A stretch of DNA of 64,000 bases from Candidatus Eiseniibacteriota bacterium (GCA_963823555.1 CAWGMA010000001.1:704001-768000); one strand, 5' to 3'. Shown: positions 9,205 to 18,143, numbered from the stretch's first letter. Program-made: numbers and translations. The notes: a model not told the origin generated them from the letters alone.

Positions 9205-11022
9205 ATGCGGCGCGAGAAGAGACTCAGGCGAGCGATGACGGCGGCGGGGATCGCCCTGGTCGCGGCCGGCCTCGTCTGTGCCGCCACGGCCGCGGCGATT
9301 CCTCTCACGGCTGCGATGGCGCCGGACTCGCTGGTGGCAGGCGGGGCTCCCGTGGTCGGAGTCGAGTTCAGCGGTACCGATGTGCGCTCGCCCGGTGCGC
9401 TCGAGAGGGCGGTGGCGCGGGCGCTCACCGCCGAGACCGGTTCGCCGGCCTTCGAGCGCCCATGGCGGGGGCGCACGTTCCAGAGCGCGCTCGCGGCGGT
9501 GCTGTCGAGCTACCGCGAGGTCGGCCACCTGAGCGCCGCCGTGATGGCGGCCGAGGCCGAGCCCACGGCCGGCGGCGTCAGCCTTCATTTTCACATCGAC
9601 GAGGGTGATCCGGTCCTGCTCGGCGACGTCGACATCGTCGGCAATGAACTACATGATGACGCAGAAATTCGCGCGATGCTCGGGCTCAGCGAGGGTCAGC
9701 CATTCCGGCCGGCCGAGTTCGAGGCGGGCCTGGAGCACCTTCTCGGTCGCTACGAGAACGAGGGCCGGCCGTACGCCGCCATCGAGCCCCGCGACCTGTC
9801 CTGGGACGAGGTGGTCCGCTTCACCTTGGCCGTGAACGAAGGCCCCCCGGTGGCGATCGATGGCATCCGGATCTCCGGGAACCGGGTCACGCGGCCGAAG
9901 GTCGTCGAGCGCATCGCCCGGCTCGAGCCGGGCGATGCGTTCTCCCAGACGGAACTCGAGCGGGCCGAGGCCCGGCTCCGGCGTTCGGGATTGTTCTCCC
10001 AGGTCGAGCCCATCGCTCTGGCGCAGGGTGCCGATCGGACGCGCAACGAGGTCCTGATCCGTGTCCGTGAAGGGCGCACGAACACGGTGTCCGGGGCCCT
10101 CGGCTACGCGGGAGCGGAGGCGGGGTTCACGGGGCTCTTCGATCTCTCCCTCGGCAACATCGCCGGGACCGGACGTCGCGGCAGCGCCCACTGGGAGGGG
10201 CGCGGCAACGATGTCGAGCTCTATCGATTCAGCTACGACGAGCCCTGGGTTTTCGGTTCCCCGGTCAGCGCTCGCTTCAAGCTGGCGCGGACCATCCAAG
10301 GGCCGCTCTACACGCAGTCCCAGGTCAGCGTGGGTGGGGCCTTGGCGATCGCCGCCGATTTCTCCGCCGAGGCCGGCTGGGAACGACAGTCGACCATCGA
10401 GTCCACCGTCGTGGGGCGGCGTGCCAAGCGCGATGCCCTGCTCGTCGGCGGCAGCTGGGACGTGCGCGACTCGAGTCTCAATCCCAGGCGCGGCATGCGG
10501 ATCCGGAGCGATCTCACCCTGGGGCGGAAGGAGTTCGTTCCCGCTCCCGAAGCCGAGGCCCTGCACTTCGGGTCCTGGGTCCTGAGCGTGGACATCGAAC
10601 GCGCCCAGGGGCTCGGGCGTAGCTGGGTGAGCTTCGTTCGGGCGCGCGGCGTGGGGATCAAGACCGATGAGGAGATCGTGCCGTTCTACGAGCTGTTCCC
10701 GCTCGGGGGTGCAACGAGTCTCCGCGGCTATCGCGAGGAGCAGTTCCGTGGTGCCCACGTCGAGCTCCTGCAGTTCGAGCAGCGCTATCTGCTCGGCACG
10801 GATGGATCGCGGCTCGTGGGGTTCGTCGACATCGGCCACATCTCGACCCGCGGCACGGTCCTCGCGTCGCCTGGTGAGCCGGACCAGTTCTTCAAGCTGG
10901 GCTATGGGGTGGGAATCCGCCTCGGCACGCGCCTCGGCCTGGTCGGCCTGGATTACGCGCTCGGCGAAGGCGACGGCCCGCTCGATGGGAAGCTGCATGT
11001 GGCCGTTGATTCGGCGTTCTGA
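9205..11022 (+). CDS. Omp85 (BamA/TamA) family outer-membrane protein with POTRA domains
   Basis: POTRA motifs (IVGNE, ISGNRVTRPKVVER, LRRSGLFSQV), LSLGNIAGTGR, YDEPW, WDVRDSSLNPRRG, the lid motif LGGATSLRGY and a terminal F. Confidence 0.9.
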   Translation: MRREKRLRRAMTAAGIALVAAGLVCAATAAAIPLTAAMAPDSLVAGGAPVVGVEFSGTDVRSPGALERAVARALTAETGSPAFERPWRGRTFQSALAAVLSSYREVGHLSAAVMAAEAEPTAGGVSLHFHIDEGDPVLLGDVDIVGNELHDDAEIRAMLGLSEGQPFRPAEFEAGLEHLLGRYENEGRPYAAIEPRDLSWDEVVRFTLAVNEGPPVAIDGIRISGNRVTRPKVVERIARLEPGDAFSQTELERAEARLRRSGLFSQVEPIALAQGADRTRNEVLIRVREGRTNTVSGALGYAGAEAGFTGLFDLSLGNIAGTGRRGSAHWEGRGNDVELYRFSYDEPWVFGSPVSARFKLARTIQGPLYTQSQVSVGGALAIAADFSAEAGWERQSTIESTVVGRRAKRDALLVGGSWDVRDSSLNPRRGMRIRSDLTLGRKEFVPAPEAEALHFGSWVLSVDIERAQGLGRSWVSFVRARGVGIKTDEEIVPFYELFPLGGATSLRGYREEQFRGAHVELLQFEQRYLLGTDGSRLVGFVDIGHISTRGTVLASPGEPDQFFKLGYGVGIRLGTRLGLVGLDYALGEGDGPLDGKLHVAVDSAF

Positions 11023-11134
11023 CGGTGGACGGGCGCACGCGCCTCGCTTAGGATCGCAGGCTTCACCGAGTGCCCACCGGGGGCGGGCGATGGTCGTCCG
11101 CGCTCGCCCGGTGTATCCGTACCGCGGAGGTCTG

Positions 11135-11995
11135 ATGCCAGCGACCGCCGGCAAGCGACCGATCAGAATCGCTCACAGCCCCGATCCCGATGATGCGTTC
11201 ATGTTCTACGCGCTCGCCGCAGGCGCCATTCCGACCGGATCCTACGAGTTCAAGCACGAGCTCTCGGATATCGAGACCCTGAATCAGCGGGCGCTGGCCG
11301 GCGAGCTGGAGCTGACTGCGGTTTCCTATGCGGCTTATCCCTTCCTTGCCGACCGCTATCAGCTCCTGTCGTGCGGGTCGAGCGTGGGCGACGGCTATGG
11401 TCCAATCCTCGTCGCGCGCCGGCCCGGCGTGCCGCTTCAAGGCTCGACGATCGCCATCCCGGGCGAGCGAACAACGGCCGTCCTGGCTCTTCGCCTCCAT
11501 GCGCGAGCCGTGGCACCCGGGGCCGAGCTGGCTCTCCAGGTCGTGCCCTTCGATGAAATCCCGGACGCGGTCCAGAGCGGAGCGGCCGACCTGGGGCTCC
11601 TGATCCATGAAGGTCAGCTCACTTACACCGATCAGGGACTGGAAGCCGTCGTCGATCTCGGCGCGTGGTGGAAGGAGGAGACGGGGTTGCCGCTTCCCCT
11701 CGGCGGCAATGCGGTGCGGCGTGATCTGGGCCCCCGGGTGATCGCGGACCTTGCCGTCCTCCTCAAGGCCTCCATCGAGCACGGGCTCGCGCACCGTGCG
11801 ACGGCGCTCGACCATGCCGCGCGTTACGGGCGCGGCCTGAACGAGTCGCGCACCGATCGCTTCGTCGGTATGTACGTCAACGACTGGACTCTCGATCTCG
11901 GCGAGCGTGGGCGCGAGGCGGTCCGCGAGCTCCTCAGCCGCGGGCAGGATGCAGGCTTCCTTCCACCCTGCGGACCGATCGACTTCGCGGGCTGA
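11135..11995 (+). CDS. mqnD: 1,4-dihydroxy-6-naphthoate synthase (futalosine menaquinone pathway)
   Basis: IAHSPDPDDAFMFYAL, DIETLN, GDGYGP, LIHEGQLTY, PLPLGG and GMYVND; GGAGG RBS before ATG 11135. Confidence 0.88.
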   Translation: MPATAGKRPIRIAHSPDPDDAFMFYALAAGAIPTGSYEFKHELSDIETLNQRALAGELELTAVSYAAYPFLADRYQLLSCGSSVGDGYGPILVARRPGVPLQGSTIAIPGERTTAVLALRLHARAVAPGAELALQVVPFDEIPDAVQSGAADLGLLIHEGQLTYTDQGLEAVVDLGAWWKEETGLPLPLGGNAVRRDLGPRVIADLAVLLKASIEHGLAHRATALDHAARYGRGLNESRTDRFVGMYVNDWTLDLGERGREAVRELLSRGQDAGFLPPCGPIDFAG

Positions 11996-12040
11996 GGTTC
12001 GGCGGGCGCCGCTCCGCTCGAGCTCGCCGGCGCGAATCCG

Positions 12041-12748
12041 TTACCGATAGTAAGAGTCGATGATGCTGAAGATGAAGTCGTAGGTGGTGCGGACGGCATT
12101 GATCTCGAGCGCCAGTCGCATCGTGAACGACTTGCCGCGGATCTGTTCCGGTGGGCCGGCATCCGGCGGGACGACCGGGAACACCGGGGCGCTGCCCAGG
12201 TTGCGGATCGTCTGCGCCAGCGTGGGGTCGAGGAGCAGCACGCGCCCGCTGAAGATGTCATCCGCCCTGAGCTCGGTCGGGGTCAGGATGTTTCGTGCCG
12301 CCATCTCCAGGGTTGCCGTCGGCGGAACGAGCTTGTAGCGCCGTCCCAGGATGTCGACGAGCTCGGACTCATTCCAGTGGATCTTGATCGGGATCTGCCG
12401 GCGGGCCTGGACCTTCATGGACAGGTAATCCTTGTACGGGCGGACGTAGATGAAGACCAGGTCGTCGTTGAACGCGAAGTCACTGTTGGCCGGTGAGTCC
12501 ATCGTGAAGCGATAGAGCAGCTCGCGGGTGGTGCCGGGCTGCGCTTCCGGCGCCGTCCCCGGGGGCGGCGTCGCGCCGGGGGGTGGGGGCGTTGCGGGTG
12601 GGGGCGTTGCCGGCGGGGGTGCCGCGGTCGTCTGGCCCGGGGGCGGGCTCGAGCTGCAGGCGAGGATGAGGGTCGCCAGGACGAGGATGGGGGCGGCAAG
12701 CCGGACCGCCGGGCTAGAGAAACTGCGGCGCGGATGCATTCCGTTCAT
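12041..12748 (-). CDS. Hypothetical lipoprotein with a Pro/Ala/Thr-rich linker
   Basis: Lipobox-like LILAC followed by PPPATPPPATPPPPGATPPPG; GAGGAG RBS before the ATG at 12748. Confidence 0.7.
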   Translation of the reverse strand: MNGMHPRRSFSSPAVRLAAPILVLATLILACSSSPPPGQTTAAPPPATPPPATPPPPGATPPPGTAPEAQPGTTRELLYRFTMDSPANSDFAFNDDLVFIYVRPYKDYLSMKVQARRQIPIKIHWNESELVDILGRRYKLVPPTATLEMAARNILTPTELRADDIFSGRVLLLDPTLAQTIRNLGSAPVFPVVPPDAGPPEQIRGKSFTMRLALEINAVRTTYDFIFSIIDSYYR

Positions 12749-12973
12749 GGCATCTCCTCGATTCCGGATTCGGTTCCGGTCTGGGCCACGTGGGTCACCG
12801 GCAGCGGTGGGAAGATGTCGTTCGGGTGGTCTGGCCTCCGGCGCGGAATCTTCGGCCGTGTCGCGGAACGCGTCAAGGAGTTTCCGGGCGCATGTCGGCG
12901 CCCCCTCTTTCCTGCTTGACCGCGCTCGAGGCATGGTCGAGCTTCTCGCCGGACCCGACCAGCGGAGGAGAAG

Positions 12974-14059
12974 ATGGTGGATCAGCACCTCCATGCCGTG
13001 ATCATGGCCGGTGGGCGCGGAACTCGGTTCTGGCCGCTGTCGACCACGAGGCGGCCCAAGCAGCTCCTGCCCATCGTGAGCGAGCGGACCATGATCCAGG
13101 AGACCTGGGAGCGCATCGCTCCACTCGTTCCCCGCGAGCGCACCTGGGTCGTGACCGGCCGCGAGCAGGCGGCCGAGGTGGCGCGTCAGCTCTCCTTCCT
13201 GCCGGAAGACCAGCTCCTGGTCGAGCCGGTTGGCCGCAACACGGCCCCCGCGATCGGGCTCGCGGCCGCGCATCTTCTCCGTCGCGATCCGGATGCGGTG
13301 ATGGTGGTGCTCCCGGCGGATCATGCCATCGGCAAGGTCGAGACCTTCCGCGCGGCGATTGCCGCCGCGGCGCAGGCTGCCAGTGAGCGTTCGATGCTGG
13401 TCACCCTTGGGATCACGCCGACCCGCCCGGAAACCGGATACGGATACATCGAAAGGGCCGACGCCAGCGCCGAATTCGCCGGGCTCACGTTCTATGACGT
13501 CTCCGCCTTCCGGGAGAAACCGGACCGCGAAACCGCCGAGCGCTACGTCGCCGGGGGGGGGCACGCCTGGAACGCCGGCGTATTCATCTGGCAGGCCGCC
13601 ACGATTCGAGACGAGATGGCCACCCATCTCCCGGCCCTCGCTCGCGAACTCTCCGCGCCGGCGCTCCTGGCCGGCGGCTCCGAGGCCGCATCGGCTCTGG
13701 CTCTGGCATATGATCGGATCGGTGCGATCTCGATCGACCATGGTGTCCTCGAGCACTCGCGCCGGATCTGGATGCTCCCGGTCGATTGCGACTGGAATGA
13801 TGTCGGCAGCTGGACTGCTCTCTATGACATCAGGACCAAGGACGAGAACGGCAATGTGATCATCGGCAACGCAGTCCTCGCCGACACCCGCAACGCCCTC
13901 GTCCACGCCGGCGGTCCGCTCGTTGCCCTGGTCGGCATCGAGGACGTGGTCGTGATCTCGACCCCGGATGCCGTGCTGGTCTGCCGGCGTGACCAGGCAC
14001 AGGAGGTGCGCCGTATCGTCGAAGAGCTGGAACGCCGCGGACGAAAAGACCTGCTCTAG
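12974..14059 (+). CDS. manC: Mannose-1-phosphate guanylyltransferase
   Basis: IMAGGRGTRFWPLS...PKQLL, EPVGRNTAPAI, PADH, ETGYGYI, FREKPD, WNAGVF and WNDVGSW. Confidence 0.93.
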   Translation: MVDQHLHAVIMAGGRGTRFWPLSTTRRPKQLLPIVSERTMIQETWERIAPLVPRERTWVVTGREQAAEVARQLSFLPEDQLLVEPVGRNTAPAIGLAAAHLLRRDPDAVMVVLPADHAIGKVETFRAAIAAAAQAASERSMLVTLGITPTRPETGYGYIERADASAEFAGLTFYDVSAFREKPDRETAERYVAGGGHAWNAGVFIWQAATIRDEMATHLPALARELSAPALLAGGSEAASALALAYDRIGAISIDHGVLEHSRRIWMLPVDCDWNDVGSWTALYDIRTKDENGNVIIGNAVLADTRNALVHAGGPLVALVGIEDVVVISTPDAVLVCRRDQAQEVRRIVEELERRGRKDLL

Positions 14060-14111
14060 TTGCCGCTTCCCCGGGCGTTTCACGCGGCGACGGCCTTCCG
14101 CTACCAGCTGG

Positions 14112-14447
14112 CTAGCCGCTGGCGAGGGCTTCCTTCGGTGTGGGGAAGATGTCGAAGATGCGATCGAGCTGGGCCTGGGCGAAGATGGCGTGGATGTCCG
14201 GAGAGAGACCAGCAACTCGGATCCGCCCCCCGCTGCGCGCGGCGACCCGCACTCCCGAGAGCAGCGCCGCCAGGCCGTTGGGATCGACGAATCGCACCAT
14301 GGCGAAATCCACGATCACGATCGAGGGTCTCCTCTCGAGGAGGCGCATGAGCTCGATCTTCAAGGCGGGGGAGTTCTTGTAGTCGAGGCGGCTCGCCTCC
14401 ATGCGAATGACAAAGGCTCCGTTGTGCGTGGTCACCGTGTAGCTCAT
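14112..14447 (-). CDS. STAS-domain anti-sigma-factor antagonist
   Basis: 111 aa; RLDYKNSPALK...IVIVDFAMVRFVDPNGLAALL...IFDIF. The usual phosphorylated Ser position reads DPNG. Confidence 0.8.
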   Translation of the reverse strand: MSYTVTTHNGAFVIRMEASRLDYKNSPALKIELMRLLERRPSIVIVDFAMVRFVDPNGLAALLSGVRVAARSGGRIRVAGLSPDIHAIFAQAQLDRIFDIFPTPKEALASG

Positions 14448-14514
14448 CGACCCTCCGCCGGCGTACCGGCTTGTGTCTCATCCTGATGCGGATCTGCTTC
14501 AGGTGTCCATGCTC

Positions 14515-14541
14515 TTATCGGTGGTCGCCGTCGGATCCTGA
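14515..14541 (-). promoter_or_regulatory. Sigma28-like promoter upstream of the STAS gene
   Basis: Minus strand reads TCAG-N15-ACCGATAA (FliA consensus TAAA-N15-GCCGATAA). Confidence 0.35.
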
Positions 14542-14573
14542 CCTCTCGAGTGGTCCCTCGCCTCTCAAGATGA

Positions 14574-14607
14574 GAAGCGGCGGTCCCCCGAAGGGAACCG
14601 CCGCTTC
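14574..14607 (-). terminator. Hairpin, probable terminator after the fibre-like gene
   Basis: GAAGCGGCGGT...ACCGCCGCTTC, an 11-bp perfect outer stem about 55 nt downstream of the stop at 14661; weak U-tract. Confidence 0.55.
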
Positions 14608-14660
14608 GTGAGCGCCCGGCGCGGCCCGCTCCAGGCGCTGCGGCCAGACCTCCTGGTCGT

Positions 14661-16604
14661 CTAGCGCGCTGCGAGTTCGGCCGGGTCGCCGGCCGCATCG
14701 GCCGCGGCGTGCTCGGCGCCCGCTTCAGCTCGGTTCTCGGCCGCCGCCACGCTGCGCTCGGCCGGGAGACCGAAGGCCTCGGGGTGGAGGTAGAAGCCGA
14801 TCAGGTGCTCCGGCTTCTGCTCCTCGACCTGGACCCGGTTGGCCATGGCATAGGCATCGCGGCGGATGCCGGTCACCTGCCACGACACCTTGAGGCCGGG
14901 CGCGCCGCCCGCGATCGTGAACGTGTTGTTCTCGAGCTCGCTGGCGACGTAGACCGGGGCCGCCCCGCCGATGCACGTGAGCTGGTAACGATAGTCGTCG
15001 TTGAGCGACTCGAACCAGTCGGGCAACTTCACCACCACTTCACCCTGTGCATTGCAGACCGAGTTCCCGTTGTAGATGTTCATCATGTCCGGGCTCTCGA
15101 CGAAGGAGTGGCTCAGGTACTTGCTCTCCGGATCGAGGGGGTGGTCGATCTTGAAGGTGCCGCTGCCCTTGGTCAGGTTGCCAGTCACCTGGACGTTGCC
15201 GTTGAAGCGGGCATGGAGGCCGCCGCCGTTGCGCAAGGTCTCGATGACCGGGCTCGTGTTGCCGGCGTTGTTGATCTGGAAGAGCCCGGCCTGGCCGGCG
15301 CCCGTGGTGAGGGCGTAGATCGAAGCGTTGGGATTGCTGGCGGCGTTCGTGATGGCGAAGGAGCCGGCGCTGCCGTCACCCACCGTCTTGTTGACGGTGA
15401 GCGCATTGTTGTTGCTGTTGTTGTCCTCGATCTTGACCAGCGTCTCGGTGCTGAAGGCATCGCGCAAGACATGGAGCCGCGCGGCCGGGGTGGTGGTGCC
15501 CACTCCGACGTTGCCCGTCTTGTCGATCCGCATCCGCTCGGCGATGCCGGTCCCGTTGTTGGTCGAGAATCGGAGGTACCCGGTCTGTCCCGACGCATCG
15601 TTCATGCCGGCGCCGATCCGGCCCATCGCGAAGTCGGTTCCACCCCCCTCGTCCTCATCGAAGTTGCGGAGATCGACATAGGCCGCATCGGTTGCAGTGG
15701 CCGTGCTGCGCGAGCCGCGGATCGCGATCGCGCCATCGGCGCCGGAGGTCGCGCTGTGCTGGGCGCTGATGATGGGATTGGTGTTCGAGACCACATCGAG
15801 GCGCGAGGTCGGCGTCGTGGTGCCGATCCCGACGCGGCCCCACGGCTGCGGATCGGCCGGGGTGGCCCCCTTCAGGTAGAGCACGTTCGACAGACCCCGC
15901 AGGCTGAAGCCCATGTCGGGATTGCCGCTGTTGCGGTAATCGAGCTGGATCGAGCCGAGCGTCGTCTGCCCGCTCGAGCCCTGGGTGAACACGATTCCGT
16001 CGTAGTTGGGCTGCTGGATCGAGCCGACGTTGCGCAGCTCCAGCTGATGATTCTGGGCCTGGCTGTCGCGGGAGATGGTGAGGTGCGAGGTCGGGTTGCT
16101 GGTGCCGACTCCGATGTTGCCGAGCAGGCGATAGACGTTGTTGCCGCTCGTCTGCCACACGCTGTCGCCACCCCCCCCACCGGTGAGGGCCGAGTCGGCC
16201 ACCGCAGCGTGCATCGCATAGGGAACGCTCAGGAACTGGCGCCGGGGGGTGAGCGCCGTGTTGTCGACCACGGTCTCGAGCCAGCGCGGGCCGCCCGCGA
16301 AAAGATCGGGCGTGAGCGCCGTGACCGATCCCAGCATCACGTTGAAGACCCCGTTGATCGGGGTCACGTTGCCCTGATCCTCGGTCCATAGCGGAGTGCC
16401 GCCGTTGTCGGTGTCGTAGATCTTGAACATGAGCGCGACGGGTGTTGTCACCGGGATCCCGCCGTCATCGGTCAGGTACCCTTGGTAGTGAACCATGTTG
16501 GGACCTGCGGCCAGTGCCGCCGTCGGGGGGATGAAGACAGCGAGGGCGAGTAGAGCCAGCGCCAGTCGCTGCGACTCGAGAACCTTCTTGGTTACCGGGA
16601 GCAT
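14661..16604 (-). CDS. Secreted trimeric fibre/adhesin-like protein with GNVGIGT repeats and a C-terminal chaperone-like domain
   Basis: Signal peptide; N-domain YQGYLTD...GVFNVMLG...LSVPYAMHA; three G(N/R)(I/V)G(V/I)GT repeats; C-domain GTFKIDHPLDP..KYLSHSFVESPDMMNIYNG...YQLT..VSWQVTGIRRD; AGGAGG RBS before ATG 16604. Confidence 0.75.
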   Translation of the reverse strand: MLPVTKKVLESQRLALALLALAVFIPPTAALAAGPNMVHYQGYLTDDGGIPVTTPVALMFKIYDTDNGGTPLWTEDQGNVTPINGVFNVMLGSVTALTPDLFAGGPRWLETVVDNTALTPRRQFLSVPYAMHAAVADSALTGGGGGDSVWQTSGNNVYRLLGNIGVGTSNPTSHLTISRDSQAQNHQLELRNVGSIQQPNYDGIVFTQGSSGQTTLGSIQLDYRNSGNPDMGFSLRGLSNVLYLKGATPADPQPWGRVGIGTTTPTSRLDVVSNTNPIISAQHSATSGADGAIAIRGSRSTATATDAAYVDLRNFDEDEGGGTDFAMGRIGAGMNDASGQTGYLRFSTNNGTGIAERMRIDKTGNVGVGTTTPAARLHVLRDAFSTETLVKIEDNNSNNNALTVNKTVGDGSAGSFAITNAASNPNASIYALTTGAGQAGLFQINNAGNTSPVIETLRNGGGLHARFNGNVQVTGNLTKGSGTFKIDHPLDPESKYLSHSFVESPDMMNIYNGNSVCNAQGEVVVKLPDWFESLNDDYRYQLTCIGGAAPVYVASELENNTFTIAGGAPGLKVSWQVTGIRRDAYAMANRVQVEEQKPEHLIGFYLHPEAFGLPAERSVAAAENRAEAGAEHAAADAAGDPAELAAR

Positions 16605-16618
16605 GGATGTTCCTCCTG

Positions 16619-17176
16619 TTACTTCGTCACGACGACGCGAATGGTCCGGGAATAGTCGCCGGCGGTCAGGCGAGCGAGATAGACGCCGCTGGCAACGCGC
16701 TGCCTCATGGTGTTGGTGCCGTTCCACGACACCTCGTAGAAGCCGGGGGCGAGCGAGCCATCGACGAGTACGGCGATGCGGCGTCCTGAGACATCGAAGA
16801 TCTCGAGCCGCGCATCCCTGGTCTCGCTCTCCGCTCCTGCGATCTGGAAGCGGAACTGGGTCATGGGATTGAACGGATTGGGGAAGTTCTGATCGAGCTG
16901 TGTCGCGAGCGGGACCGGGCTCGATCCGTTCTCGCCGTTGATGGCGGTCGTCGTGCCCGGCTGCTGCAGCCAGAATCCGGTTTCTTCCCGGTAGTCCGGG
17001 TTCGAACCGCCGCCGACCACCGGCAATCCGACGGTGACGCCCAGCCGGAGTCCCGCCCCGGTCGCGAAACCGGCGACGGACGGGATGGCATCCGTGGCCA
17101 AGCGGTAGGCCCCGGCTGCGCTGGGCAGAGCGGCCACCAGTCCGACCAGCAGCCATCCGCGGAACCTGATGCTCAT
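16619..17176 (-). CDS. Small secreted protein with a FlgD-Ig/T9SS-like C-terminal domain
   Basis: Signal peptide, a ~50-aa Gly-rich domain ending TGFW, then QNFPNPFNP...FDVSGRRI...WNGT...VASGVY..L..VVTK; GGAGG RBS. Confidence 0.8.
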   Translation of the reverse strand: MSIRFRGWLLVGLVAALPSAAGAYRLATDAIPSVAGFATGAGLRLGVTVGLPVVGGGSNPDYREETGFWLQQPGTTTAINGENGSSPVPLATQLDQNFPNPFNPMTQFRFQIAGAESETRDARLEIFDVSGRRIAVLVDGSLAPGFYEVSWNGTNTMRQRVASGVYLARLTAGDYSRTIRVVVTK

Positions 17177-17240
17177 GTGCACCTCCTGTCCAAGGTCCGG
17201 CCCGGCGAGAGCTCGCCGGGTTTGTATCTTCCTTGCTGTA

Positions 17241-17271
17241 TCTATCGGAAACGCGTGACGAAACGGATCAC
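17241..17271 (-). promoter_or_regulatory. Putative ECF-type promoter, copy 1, driving the CTD-protein/fibre operon
   Basis: Minus strand GTGATCC-GTTTCGTCACGCGTTTC-CGATAGA; same spacing and same TTTCCGATAGA as at 18057-18087. Confidence 0.5.
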
Positions 17272-17298
17272 GGGCGCTGCATCATTCAGGCAATTCCA

Positions 17299-17327
17299 TT
17301 GACGACAATGGATTAGGAATGTAGAAT
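17299..17327 (+). promoter_or_regulatory. Sigma70 promoter of the ECF sigma gene
   Basis: TTGACG-N17-TAGAAT in an AT-rich patch. Confidence 0.65.
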
Positions 17328-17410
17328 GCTGTTTCTTGAGTTCTTCCTGATGAAGCCGCCCAGGGATCGCCTGTCGGATCGGAAAGGCAAGCCCCCGGAC
17401 CCGCTCGTTC

Positions 17411-18016
17411 ATGACTCCTGACCTTCGCTTGACCGCGCTCCTCCAGGCCGCTCGTGACGGCGATCGCGCCGCCCGTGACGACCTGATGCCGCTCGTCTAC
17501 GACGAGCTCCGCCGCATCGCGCGCCAGCGGCTGGCTGGCTTCCGTCCCGGATCCGTTCTCAGCACGACCTCGCTCGTGCACGAGGCCTACGTCAAGCTGG
17601 TCGAGCCCACCAAGGTGGGCTGGCAAGATCGGGCTCACTTCTTTGCGCTGGCATCGCGGGCGATGCGCTTCATCCTGGTCGACTACGCGCGGGCCCGGGC
17701 CGCGCAGAAGCGCGGCGGGGGAAAGGGCGAGCTGCCGCTCGAGGAGATCCAGATCGAAGCCGGCGCCGGCGGGGTGAGCGAGAGCGAACGCGCGTTCGAG
17801 CTCCTGACACTCAATCGCGCTCTCGACGACCTCCTGGGCTTCAGCTCACGCCTGGCCGAGATCGTCGAGTACCGGTTCTTCGGCGGGCTCACCTTCGAGG
17901 AGATCGCCGAGACGACGGGACGCTCGGTGCCCACCGTGAAGCGCGACTGGCAGCGGGCGCGAGCCTGGCTCTACCGGGCCATGGCCCAGGAGGGGGAGGT
18001 CACGGCCGAGAGCTAG
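17411..18016 (+). CDS. ECF sigma factor, kinase-associated type (TIGR02999/ECF43-like)
   Basis: LMPLVYDELRRIA, LSTTSLVHEAY, DRAHFFALASRAMRFILVDYARARAAQKRGG, VEYRFFGGLT.EEIA and TVKRDWQRARAWL. Confidence 0.92.
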   Translation: MTPDLRLTALLQAARDGDRAARDDLMPLVYDELRRIARQRLAGFRPGSVLSTTSLVHEAYVKLVEPTKVGWQDRAHFFALASRAMRFILVDYARARAAQKRGGGKGELPLEEIQIEAGAGGVSESERAFELLTLNRALDDLLGFSSRLAEIVEYRFFGGLTFEEIAETTGRSVPTVKRDWQRARAWLYRAMAQEGEVTAES

Positions 18017-18056
18017 CCGCAATCGGATACCAGGATGGGATTCCCCGAAAGGGCCC

Positions 18057-18087
18057 GCGATACGGGCCTCGTTGTTTTTCCGATAGA
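18057..18087 (+). promoter_or_regulatory. Putative ECF-type promoter, copy 2, upstream of the kinase
   Basis: GCGATAC-GGGCCTCGTTGTTTTTC-CGATAGA, aligning with copy 1. Confidence 0.45.
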
Positions 18088-18143
18088 GAAGTCAAGCGGT
18101 CGAAGACAGGGGTCGAACTCAGGGAGGGGTGTCGAGCTCAATC

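Noticed and set aside
12555..12650. G-rich near-tandem repeats
   Set aside because: Explained by the PPPAT linker codons of the minus-strand lipoprotein.
12749..14215. N-terminal extension of the 724-aa ORF 12041-14215
   Set aside because: It overlaps manC antisense; the real gene starts at 12748 with an RBS and lipobox.
14661..16604. Prophage tail fibre or DGR target
   Set aside because: It has a Sec signal peptide, no phage genes nearby, and no reverse transcriptase or template-repeat/variable-repeat pair in the window.
16605..17156. N-terminal extension of the 831-aa fibre ORF (possible overlapping gene or frameshift fusion)
   Set aside because: The extension is an Arg-rich alternative frame of the CTD gene; a strong RBS and signal peptide at 16604 mark the true start.
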